64,000 bases of DNA. It comes from Candidatus Multivoradales bacterium. Lineage in GTDB: Bacteria; Acidobacteriota; Thermoanaerobaculia; Multivoradales; JAHEKO01. The translations under genes were made by a program, and so were the position numbers. Each line of letters begins with the position of its first letter. Positions within the stretch are counted from its first letter, which is position 1. Below the pieces are notes generated by a model that worked only from the letters and a program-made list of their open reading frames with translations, had not been told where the DNA came from and made no database searches. The stretch covers positions 416,001-480,000 of the forward strand of contig CBDCVR010000013.1 in NCBI GenBank assembly GCA_965223155.1, read 5' to 3'. Below, piece after piece: positions 8,663 through 16,715 of the stretch.

Positions 8663-9639
8663 TCGCTCATCTCCTCCGATGCCCCTTCGCCCCCTGCGTC
8701 ACCTGGAGCGTCGCTCGGGGCGCTGATCGCGGGCTCGCCCTGGGATTCAGCCGGATGCGCGGCCTTGATCTTGCCGATCGCGTCCGCGATGTCCGTGTCC
8801 AAGCGTTGGATCTGTAACGTGTCCAAAAAGGCCCGAGGATCCTCTTCGCCCGTAAGCGCCTGCTGCACCCCGCGCCGATCCAGGACCAGGGCCAGGGTCT
8901 TCTCCAAGGCTCGGTAGTTGGCCGGCCAGGGCTCGCGCCGAAAGAGCGCCCGGTCGCCGACCATGTCGCCGCCGTGGAAGATCCGCAGCTCAGTCGTTGC
9001 GCCGGTAGCGAGCTCGACCTCCGCGGCGACCGAACCGGTCACGAGAGTGAACATCTCGACCCGCTTCTCGTCCCTGCGCGCGAGGAGCTCGCCCTTCTTG
9101 AAGCGACGAAAATCCATCGCTGGCATGAGCTTGCCGAGCTGCTCCTCCGAGAGCACTTCCACCAGAGGACCCCGCACGAGATCGGGCCAGTGTTTGCGGA
9201 CTTCGAAAGCCCAAGACTTGCCGATCAGGCTGTCCACCACCATGTCGCGCCGGTGGTCGAGACGCTTGGCACGCTCGATCGACGCCATCTTCCCCAAGAG
9301 GCGCTCCTCGCCGGGCATCATCCGGCTGAGCTTCGAGAGCAAGGCGTGGCCGCGATCGAAGAATCCGTCCCGGGTGTAGCGGTCGGCGATCGAAAGATAT
9401 TCGGCGATTCCCTCCGTAGGCTCCCCGGTCTTCAAGTACACGTCGGCGAGCTGAATGCGAGAGCGGTAGTCATTCGGACGGTGCTTGACTCGCTTCTTGA
9501 GCTTAGTCCGGGCTTCCTCGTAGCGCTCGAGCGTGATCAGGTCATCGATGGTCAGCTCTTCCTCACCTACGGCGCCGCCCTGGCCGCCGCTCTTGGCGGA
9601 CGACGGACGAATCTTCTCGAGAAAATCTTTGAAGGCCAT
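8659..9639 (-). CDS. TPR-like plus cyclic-nucleotide-binding-domain protein
   Basis: Helical repeats then FKKGELL..GDMVGDRAL..PWPANYRA CNB-like fold; start MAFKDF follows a TATAAT at 9707-9712. Confidence 0.7.
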   Translation of the reverse strand: MAFKDFLEKIRPSSAKSGGQGGAVGEEELTIDDLITLERYEEARTKLKKRVKHRPNDYRSRIQLADVYLKTGEPTEGIAEYLSIADRYTRDGFFDRGHALLSKLSRMMPGEERLLGKMASIERAKRLDHRRDMVVDSLIGKSWAFEVRKHWPDLVRGPLVEVLSEEQLGKLMPAMDFRRFKKGELLARRDEKRVEMFTLVTGSVAAEVELATGATTELRIFHGGDMVGDRALFRREPWPANYRALEKTLALVLDRRGVQQALTGEEDPRAFLDTLQIQRLDTDIADAIGKIKAAHPAESQGEPAISAPSDAPGDAGGEGASEEMSE

Positions 9640-9757
9640 GGGCTGCTCCGCATCTGGACCGTCACGCTTTGAGGACGTTCTGTCCCACGGTCCGAGAATG
9701 CCTGCGATTATAGCCGCTGGGCCAAGCCGGAACGAGAGGCGAACGGCCAGCCCGGCG

Positions 9758-9773
9758 TGGTATGTGCCTTGCA
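9758..9773 (+). promoter_or_regulatory. Putative sigma54 (-24/-12) promoter
   Basis: TGGTATGTGCCTTGCA has GG-N10-GC spacing, about 55 nt upstream of ATG 9828. Confidence 0.55.
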
Positions 9774-9827
9774 AAATCAGGGGCTGAGGGTCCTCGAGAG
9801 ACCCACCGAACGACCGAGACGAGGACG

Positions 9828-12278
9828 ATGATGAACGCACACCAACTCCCATCCAACAGGTGGCCGACAACGAGCGCCATGTTGCTGGCTCTGCTCGCGA
9901 CCGCCGGGCTTGTGACCGCGGACGCCGCCGGCGCGCAGGATCGGTGGAACGATCCGGGTTCTTCGCAAGCTGGCGCGCATGCCGATGCGGCGATCGATGA
10001 CGACGCCATCGGCTACGGCTTCGTGCGAACCGTCGAGGGTTCGGTGACGCTGTCCGGCCTCGACGCCACCGAACCCGCCGGCTACGGCTCGCGCGCGCAA
10101 GAGGCGGTGGAAGCCGAAGTGAACCACCCCCTGCTCTCCGGAGACGTCTTGACCACGTACTCCTCGGGTCGAGCCGAGGTGGTGCTGCCGGACGGCGGTG
10201 TCATTCGCATCGACCGCTCGTCCCGGCTTACCTTCGAAGCCCTGTTCGGTTCGCCCGACACCCGCGCGGGCCGGGCCACGGAGTTGGTGCTGGACGAGGG
10301 CGAGATTCTGCTGCGCACCGACGACTATGGCTCCGCTGACACGACCCTCGTTGCTCCCAACGCGGTCGTCTATCTCGCGCCCGGTGGCCTCTACCGCGTC
10401 ACCATCTTCGACTACGACTTCACAGAGGTCGTCGTGAGGCGGGGCCTGGCCGAGGCCGAGACCTCCGAAGGCTCCTCAATCGCCCGCGGCGGGGAGCTTC
10501 TGGAAGTGCGTGGCAGCGGCCGGTCGTACGCCACCCTTGCCTCGGCGGGCGGCGCCGACGAGCTGGAGTTCTGGAGCCAGGAGCTCGAAGGCGGAGTTCC
10601 CGCCTCAGCCACTCGTCACGTCGAGCCGAGACTTCGGTACGCGGCCCATTCCCTCCACGGCAACGGCGACTGGGTCCAGTACCAGAGCTCATGGGCCTGG
10701 CGGCCCTACGTCGGCTCGGCCTGGAGGCCCTTCGTGGACGGCCGGTGGGTGTACACGCCGAGCGGCCTGACCTGGGTGGCCTCGGCCCGCTGGGGCTGGC
10801 TCACCAGCCACTACGGGTCCTGGGACCACGTGCCCGGCTACGGCTGGATGTGGTTCCCAGGTGCGGTCTACTCGCCAGCCAGTGTCTACTGGTACTGGGG
10901 CCCGACCTATGTGGGCTGGGTTCCGAGCGGGTACTACAGCCGCTACTACGGCTACTCGGGTTTTCGCCTCGGCGTCTACGGCTGGGCCGGCGGACCCTGG
11001 AGCTACTTCGACTCCTGGACCTTCTGCCCCACCCGCTACTTCGGACGGCGGGGCTACGACAGATACTGGGGCTCGGGGCGGGACATCGGCCGCAGGGCCA
11101 GATTCGCCGTTCCTCGAGGCATCGTAACGACCGACACCCGCGGCATCACGCCCGATCGCTGGGGCAAGCCGGGAGAGATTCTCGGAACGCTCAGCCGGCG
11201 CGGCTCGGCGGTTCGGACCTCGGAGTTGGTTCGTGCGGGCGGCGGCCTGCCGGATGTGAGCCGGTTCGTCGCTCGGCGGGACCGTTCCGATGGCCTCCTC
11301 GCCTCGCGTCTCGACGCTGGGCGCCGCGGCGCGAGCCTCCGGCCCTTGGCCGAGTCCGGGACCCTCGAGCGCTCCGTGGCGGGCCGATCCGCCTTGCGTC
11401 CTTCGGGCTCCGCCGCTCGCAACGACCGCGGTCTCCAGCCGAGCGGTTCCCGCCTGGGCCGCCCCCAAAGCGGCCTCCGGACTGGCTCTTCGGGTACCGA
11501 CCGAGGCGCTGCCGATCGCATCGAATCGCTGCGCTCCCGGGCGAGAAGCGACTCCGGGAGTCTCAGCCGGGCTCCGCAGAGCCCACGGTCGACCGTGGGT
11601 ACCGACCGAGGTCGGTTGGACACCAGCACCCGAGATCGCTCTCGCCTGGCCCCACCCACCAGCCGAACGGGGGCTCGGCCTCCCATCCGTTCCGAAATCC
11701 GGCCCGAAACCCGGCCCCCGCTTCGAACGCCGCCGGGATCCGGGACACTCTCTGATCCGCGCTCAGATGTACGATCGCGCACCCGGCTCGAGAGGCGGCC
11801 GCCAGCTCAGCCCTCTCCGCCGGCCCGGCACGGCGGCATCTCCGGAACCAGAGAGCGAACCCCGCTCACCCCTTCAGGCGCCGACCGCCGGAGCGTGATC
11901 GACCGAATTCAGCGCTACCGGGAAGGCTTGGGCAGCCGCGTTCGTACCAACCCGCCTCCATCTCGGCCTTCGGGTTCTCGGCCCGCGACGACTCCGCCTC
12001 CTTCCCGGCTCCAGTCCCCCTCGTCGCGTCCGGGCGGTTCTCATGCCCGGCCCAGCTCGCAGCCTAGTGGATCGAGCTTGCGACCTTCGCAGCCCTCGCG
12101 AAGCCCGTCGCGGGCACCGCAACGAGTCGCTCCGCCCTCGAGCCGGTCCGGTTCGTCGAGTCTGTCCCGCAACGGCAGCGTGCGCTCACCGCGGAGCTCC
12201 GGCGGATCTTCCCGAGCCAGCGCGAGCCGTGGCTCTAGCCGCAGCTCGGGGCGCAGGCGCGACAACGGCGGCCGCTAG
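9828..12278 (+). CDS. Secreted FecR-domain / DUF6600-like Trp-rich protein with long R/S/P-rich disordered tail
   Basis: Signal peptide; FecR-like GDVLTT..RAEV; WRP..GRWVYT..WGWL..HYGSW..GWMWFP; GAGGA SD. Confidence 0.75.
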   Translation: MMNAHQLPSNRWPTTSAMLLALLATAGLVTADAAGAQDRWNDPGSSQAGAHADAAIDDDAIGYGFVRTVEGSVTLSGLDATEPAGYGSRAQEAVEAEVNHPLLSGDVLTTYSSGRAEVVLPDGGVIRIDRSSRLTFEALFGSPDTRAGRATELVLDEGEILLRTDDYGSADTTLVAPNAVVYLAPGGLYRVTIFDYDFTEVVVRRGLAEAETSEGSSIARGGELLEVRGSGRSYATLASAGGADELEFWSQELEGGVPASATRHVEPRLRYAAHSLHGNGDWVQYQSSWAWRPYVGSAWRPFVDGRWVYTPSGLTWVASARWGWLTSHYGSWDHVPGYGWMWFPGAVYSPASVYWYWGPTYVGWVPSGYYSRYYGYSGFRLGVYGWAGGPWSYFDSWTFCPTRYFGRRGYDRYWGSGRDIGRRARFAVPRGIVTTDTRGITPDRWGKPGEILGTLSRRGSAVRTSELVRAGGGLPDVSRFVARRDRSDGLLASRLDAGRRGASLRPLAESGTLERSVAGRSALRPSGSAARNDRGLQPSGSRLGRPQSGLRTGSSGTDRGAADRIESLRSRARSDSGSLSRAPQSPRSTVGTDRGRLDTSTRDRSRLAPPTSRTGARPPIRSEIRPETRPPLRTPPGSGTLSDPRSDVRSRTRLERRPPAQPSPPARHGGISGTRERTPLTPSGADRRSVIDRIQRYREGLGSRVRTNPPPSRPSGSRPATTPPPSRLQSPSSRPGGSHARPSSQPSGSSLRPSQPSRSPSRAPQRVAPPSSRSGSSSLSRNGSVRSPRSSGGSSRASASRGSSRSSGRRRDNGGR

Positions 12279-12301
12279 AGCGATCGGGCTAGAATCCCGC
12301 G

Positions 12302-12541
12302 GTGAGCTCGCGGGGCATCTTTCAGGCGCTCTTTATTCTTTACTGCGCCGAGGCCGGGGCTTTCCTGTTGCTCGCGCCGTGGAGCCCGGTCTGGGATCGC
12401 GCCATCGGCAACCTGCTGCCACCCCTGCTCGCAACCGTGTACGCCAGCCCGTACTTCCGGGGTGCTATCTCGGGCCTCGGCGCCGTGCACCTGCTCTGGG
12501 GAGTTCACGATCTCGAAGCCTGGCTCAGCCGGCGCAAATGA
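12302..12541 (+). CDS. Small membrane protein, hypothetical
   Basis: Two hydrophobic segments (EAGAFLLLAPW..W; YFRGAISGLG); ATGA overlap with the next gene. Confidence 0.7.
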   Translation: MSSRGIFQALFILYCAEAGAFLLLAPWSPVWDRAIGNLLPPLLATVYASPYFRGAISGLGAVHLLWGVHDLEAWLSRRK

Positions 12542-13272
12542 GAAGGTCCTTCCAGCCGCCTCGGGTCGTGGCGATCAGCTCGGGCCGGGCGCGGCCCGGT
12601 TCCGCCTGGCGGGTTCTCGAACCCTGGTTCGAGCATGTCGCAACGCTGCAACCGGACGCGGTTCACCTCCGTGAGAAGGCCTTACCCGACCGAGAGCTCC
12701 TGGAGGTCTGCCGCAGGGGTCGAGCCATACTGCCTGAACCCGTCGCTCTGATCCTCGCCCAACGACCGGACCTCGCGAACGCCGGCGGAGCCAGCGGCGT
12801 TCACCTGCCGGCCTCGGGCTTGCCCGCCGGGCAAGTCCGGAGGGCCTTTCCCGAGCTCTCGCTCGCCGTCTCGACTCACTCGGTGACCGAAGTTTGGCTT
12901 GCCGCCGAGGCCGGAGCCGACTATGTCTACTTCGGACCGGTCTTCGCCACCCCCGAGAAGGTCCGCTATGGACCCGCCCAGGGCCTTGCCGCGCTCGCGG
13001 AGGCGTCTGGCCAAGGCCTGCCGGTCCTGGCGGTCGGCGGTATCGACTCGCGACGGCTCGCGGCCGTACACCGGGCCGGAGCCGCCGGGGTGGCCGCGAT
13101 CCGTTGGTTCTCGTCTCACGAAGTCGATCGAGCCCTGGATCTGGAAACGGATCGGGCCGCGGAACAGAACCTGGATCGAGATTCCGGCCGGGAAGATCCC
13201 AACCGTTTCGGACCGGACGCGGCTGCGGCGATTTCGCGCCTGTGGCCAGTCCGGGAGACAATACCGACATGA
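12538..13272 (+). CDS. Thiamine-phosphate synthase / TenI-like protein
   Basis: VHLREK, GVHL, VSTHS, ADYVYFGPVFAT..K, VLAVGGI. Confidence 0.85.
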   Translation: MRRSFQPPRVVAISSGRARPGSAWRVLEPWFEHVATLQPDAVHLREKALPDRELLEVCRRGRAILPEPVALILAQRPDLANAGGASGVHLPASGLPAGQVRRAFPELSLAVSTHSVTEVWLAAEAGADYVYFGPVFATPEKVRYGPAQGLAALAEASGQGLPVLAVGGIDSRRLAAVHRAGAAGVAAIRWFSSHEVDRALDLETDRAAEQNLDRDSGREDPNRFGPDAAAAISRLWPVRETIPT

Positions 13273-13805
13273 AGTGGCCGGCCCGCAAGTCCGACTTTCT
13301 CCTGATCTCGGCGGCGATCTTTGTCCTGGACCAGTGGAGCAAGTTCCAGATCGAATCGAGCGTGCCGCTGCACCGCACGATCGAAGTGATTCCGGGATTC
13401 TTCAACTTGATCCACGTCGAGAACACGGGCGTCGCCTTCGGCCTCTTCGCCGCCCGCGGCGACAAGCTAGGCACATGGCTTCTGACGGGACTCGGCCTCG
13501 TCGCCCTCGCCGTGGTGTCGGTCTATTTCGCCAGGCTGGACCGCCGTGAGCGGCTGGCCCTCGGCGGTCTGGCCCTGGTCTTGGGCGGAGCCGTCGGCAA
13601 TCTCGTGGATCGCGTGCTGAGCGGCGGCGTGACCGACTTCCTGGACTTCTACCACGGCTCGTACCACTGGCACACCTTCAATGTCGCCGACAGCGCGATC
13701 ACCCTGGGGGTCTGCGTGATTCTCTTGGATTCCCTGCTTCAGGGCCGCCGGACCGGTCACGAGCCGGCGACAGCTGAGGCACCCGTTCGAACCGGCGGCG
13801 AGTGA
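13269..13805 (+). CDS. lspA: Lipoprotein signal peptidase II
   Basis: DQWSK, NTGVAFG, GAVGNLVDR, VTDF, FNVAD. Confidence 0.95.
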   Translation: MKWPARKSDFLLISAAIFVLDQWSKFQIESSVPLHRTIEVIPGFFNLIHVENTGVAFGLFAARGDKLGTWLLTGLGLVALAVVSVYFARLDRRERLALGGLALVLGGAVGNLVDRVLSGGVTDFLDFYHGSYHWHTFNVADSAITLGVCVILLDSLLQGRRTGHEPATAEAPVRTGGE

Positions 13806-14830
13806 CCGCTCAGTCTCCACCGCCGAATCGCTGGCGTATCTCGAACTCCGCTCGGGGAACGCGGCTCGACGCCTACCTGGCCGAGGCCTACGACGTCTCG
13901 CGAGCCCGGGCGGCCGCTTGGATCCGAGACGGAAGGGTGGCGCTCGGTGATCGGACGGTCAAGCCCGGCCTCAAGCTTCGCGGGGGCGAATGGGTTTCCT
14001 GCGAGCCGGCGCCGCCGGCCGCAGATGACCGCGTCCAGCCCGAGCCCGGGCCGCTTGTCGTGCTGTTCGAAGACCCGGACCTGGTCGTTCTGGACAAGCC
14101 CGCCGGTCTTGTCGTCCATCCCGGCGCGGGACGCCCGGGCGGCACCTTGGTCAACCGCCTGGTGGCCGCCTATCCCGAGATCGCCGCAGTGGGCGGAAGC
14201 GGCAGGCCGGGCATCGTTCACCGCCTGGACGCGGGCACCAGTGGAGTCATGGTGACAGCCCGAAGTGCGACAGCCTTCGAAGCGCTGAGTCGTGCCTTTG
14301 CCGAGCGCCGAGTCTCGAAACGCTACCTGACGATCGTTTTCGGGTGCCCGGATGTCAATGAAGGCTCGATCCAGGCGCCGATCGGCCGGCACCGGTTCCG
14401 ACGCAAGGAGATGGCGGTCACGAGCAGAGGCCGGGAGGCCGAGACCCGCTATCGCGTCCTGGCTTCAGCGGGCGAGCTCTCCCTGGTCGAGGCGGTTCCG
14501 ATCTCCGGTCGCACGCACCAGATCCGAGTGCATCTGCGTCACTTGGGCCACCCCATCCTGGCCGATCCGGTCTACGGCGAGAGCCGTTGGCGCTCGCTGC
14601 CGAAGAAGAAGGCGCTAGCCGCCGAGCGCCTGGACCGGCCGGCGCTCCATGCACAGGAGGTCGCGTTCGAGCACCCGCGCACCGGCACCGCGGTCTCCTT
14701 CACGGCGCCGTTTCCGGCCGCACTGGCCGAGGTATGGCAACGGATGACCGGAACGGACGTCGAAAGGCTAGCCGCCCATCTCGACGTTGCCTTTGAAGAA
14801 GGCTCCATCGGCGATCATGACCCTGGGTGA
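13802..14830 (+). CDS. rluD: RluA-family pseudouridine synthase (RluD-like, S4 domain)
   Basis: RLDAYL S4 domain, DKPAGLVVHP, GIVHRLDAGTSG, GRTHQIRVH. Confidence 0.88.
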   Translation: MTAQSPPPNRWRISNSARGTRLDAYLAEAYDVSRARAAAWIRDGRVALGDRTVKPGLKLRGGEWVSCEPAPPAADDRVQPEPGPLVVLFEDPDLVVLDKPAGLVVHPGAGRPGGTLVNRLVAAYPEIAAVGGSGRPGIVHRLDAGTSGVMVTARSATAFEALSRAFAERRVSKRYLTIVFGCPDVNEGSIQAPIGRHRFRRKEMAVTSRGREAETRYRVLASAGELSLVEAVPISGRTHQIRVHLRHLGHPILADPVYGESRWRSLPKKKALAAERLDRPALHAQEVAFEHPRTGTAVSFTAPFPAALAEVWQRMTGTDVERLAAHLDVAFEEGSIGDHDPG

Positions 14831-15187
14831 CTTGACGTCTCCCTTGACGCTTCCCTTCCCCAGGATCTCGATGGTCTCTTCGCCCAGGATGTTGCCCTCG
14901 ACGCGGCCGCCGACGCAGACTTCCTTGGCCTGAATTTCGCCGCGCACGAAGCCGCTGTCCTCGATGATGACCTTACCTTCGAGATTGAGCTTGCCATCCA
15001 CTTCACCCGAGATGCTGAGATTGCTGCTGCCGGTGATCTCGCCGCGAAACTTGAGCCCTTGGGCGATCTGTGTCGTCTGGGTCGGCGGCGCGACCGGACG
15101 GCTCCGTGGCGGTGCGGGCCGGCTGGGCTGAGGCTCGACCATGGACGGGGATTCGGGCGCTTCGTCTTCACGGCGAAAAATCGACAT
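14768..15187 (-). CDS. Bactofilin (polymer-forming cytoskeletal protein)
   Basis: Pro-rich N-terminus, then beta-helix repeats ending IADGAFFKGNVEM. Confidence 0.9.
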   Translation of the reverse strand: MSIFRREDEAPESPSMVEPQPSRPAPPRSRPVAPPTQTTQIAQGLKFRGEITGSSNLSISGEVDGKLNLEGKVIIEDSGFVRGEIQAKEVCVGGRVEGNILGEETIEILGKGSVKGDVKSPRVMIADGAFFKGNVEMGG

Positions 15188-15273
15188 CGTGCTCTCTACT
15201 CTCTTTCTCGTTCTCCGGTGGCCCCACATCAGGGGCACTCGGTACTAGGTTCTCGCTTTTCGGGTCTCAGAAC

Positions 15274-15349
15274 TGGAGCGGGCAACGGGACTCGAACCCG
15301 CGACATCAAGCTTGGGAAGCTTGCACTCTACCAACTGAGTTATGCCCGC
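15274..15349 (-). tRNA. tRNA-Gly (CCC)
   Basis: Reverse complement GCGGGCATAACTCAGTTGGTAGAGTG..TTCCCAA..GGTTCGAGTCCCG..CTCCA. Confidence 0.97.
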
Positions 15350-15415
15350 ATGGAGGCCGATTTCGGGCTCGTGCCCGGCCGCAGCGCTCGCACTTCCGAG
15401 CGCTGAGTGCTGCCG

Positions 15416-15444
15416 AACTTAGCCCAGCCACCTGGGGCCGTCAA
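15416..15444 (-). promoter_or_regulatory. sigma70 promoter of tRNA-Gly(CCC)
   Basis: TTGACG-17-TAAGTT on the minus strand. Confidence 0.55.
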
Positions 15445-15469
15445 GGGTGCCTACGCTATACTCTGGAGG

Positions 15470-15733
15470 ATGAACGGCACGACCGGCAAGACCCTCTATT
15501 TCTTCCCAGATCAGGAAGTTACCGAGGATGAACTGGCCGCGATCCTGGCCGGTGACGACCGCGAGCGGAAGTGCTGGGCGATCTCCAACATGCTGCGCTA
15601 CGCCCAGTGGGACGACATCTGGTCCTACGTCAGCCGGGAAGAGGTCCGGGGCCTATTCTGGGACCTGGATCTGCCCGACACGCTGGCAACGGCCTACGCC
15701 CGTATGCTCAAGATCGAAGCGCCTGTCGGCTAG
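15470..15733 (+). CDS. Small acidic hypothetical protein (87 aa)
   Basis: Strong GC3 bias; GGAGG and TATACT immediately upstream of ATG 15470. Confidence 0.75.
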   Translation: MNGTTGKTLYFFPDQEVTEDELAAILAGDDRERKCWAISNMLRYAQWDDIWSYVSREEVRGLFWDLDLPDTLATAYARMLKIEAPVG

Positions 15734-15746
15734 CGGCCGGAGGCGG

Positions 15747-16709
15747 CTAGGACTCCGGCTCCAGAACGACTTCGAAGAGAGCCGGCCAGAGCTTGCCGGT
15801 GACCAGGAAGCTGCCGGTCTCGGGCCGGTATGCGATGCCGTTGACGACCCCATTCGGAGGTCGTGAGGAAGGCGGCAGCAGGTGCCCCAGGTCGGCGCGG
15901 GCCGTCACCCGGCCGGTGGCCGGGTCGATCCGGATGATGAAGTCCCGGCCGTAGACGTTGGCCCAGATACCCTCGCGGGTGCACTCCAGCTCGTTGAGGC
16001 CGGTTACCGGACCGCTGCCTGAGCGAACCGTGGTCCGAAGCTCGGGCTCGAAGGTCCCGATGTGGTGGCGCCACAGGGTTGCCGAGCCGTCGGATCGGTA
16101 GAGGGCGCCATCGTGGTTACACAGGCCCCAGCCTTCGCCTTGGTACTCGAAGCTGCCCAGCGCCTCGAAGTCCTCTAGAGCGAAGCGGAATCCCCGCTCG
16201 GAACGCCAGGTCAGCCAGAGCAACTCATTTCCAACGCGGGCCAGCCCCTCGCCGAAGAACTCCTCATCGAGGGACACTTCCCGGTCCACGACGCCCGACT
16301 CCAGGCGAAGGCGGCGAAGCTTCGAATGGCCATGGCGGCCCGTTGTCTCGTAAAGCCAGCCGCCGTGCCACAACAAGCCCTGGGTAAACGACGTTCGGTC
16401 GTGTGGATACCGGGCCACTTCGTTGGCGCGATACACCGCCGGACCCGAGGCTGCCGTCCTCCGCGCCCCCTCCCCGACCGGCTCAGCACCTCCGCCTGCC
16501 GGCGCCGCCTCCGAGGGCACCCCAGCCTGCGGGCTCTCCGGAGCCTCGCCGGCGGTTTCGGGCTCGCTCCCACAGGACGTCGCGGACCAACCACCCAGCA
16601 TCATCAGAAGCGCCAGACCAGCCAAGGCCCGTCCGGCGCCGGAAGCGGGCGCACGGCGCGGCCATCCGCTGCGCCGCCCCGACCCGCCGGTGCGATGGCG
16701 CGCCGTCAC
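15747..16709 (-). CDS. Glutaminyl-peptide cyclotransferase (type I, plant/bacterial)
   Basis: YPHD..FTQGL, FGEG, LTW, GEGWG, SDGS, LNELE, WAN, VNGIA, VTGKLW; start uncertain. Confidence 0.92.
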   Translation of the reverse strand: MTARHRTGGSGRRSGWPRRAPASGAGRALAGLALLMMLGGWSATSCGSEPETAGEAPESPQAGVPSEAAPAGGGAEPVGEGARRTAASGPAVYRANEVARYPHDRTSFTQGLLWHGGWLYETTGRHGHSKLRRLRLESGVVDREVSLDEEFFGEGLARVGNELLWLTWRSERGFRFALEDFEALGSFEYQGEGWGLCNHDGALYRSDGSATLWRHHIGTFEPELRTTVRSGSGPVTGLNELECTREGIWANVYGRDFIIRIDPATGRVTARADLGHLLPPSSRPPNGVVNGIAYRPETGSFLVTGKLWPALFEVVLEPES

Positions 16710-16715
16710 GACGCC

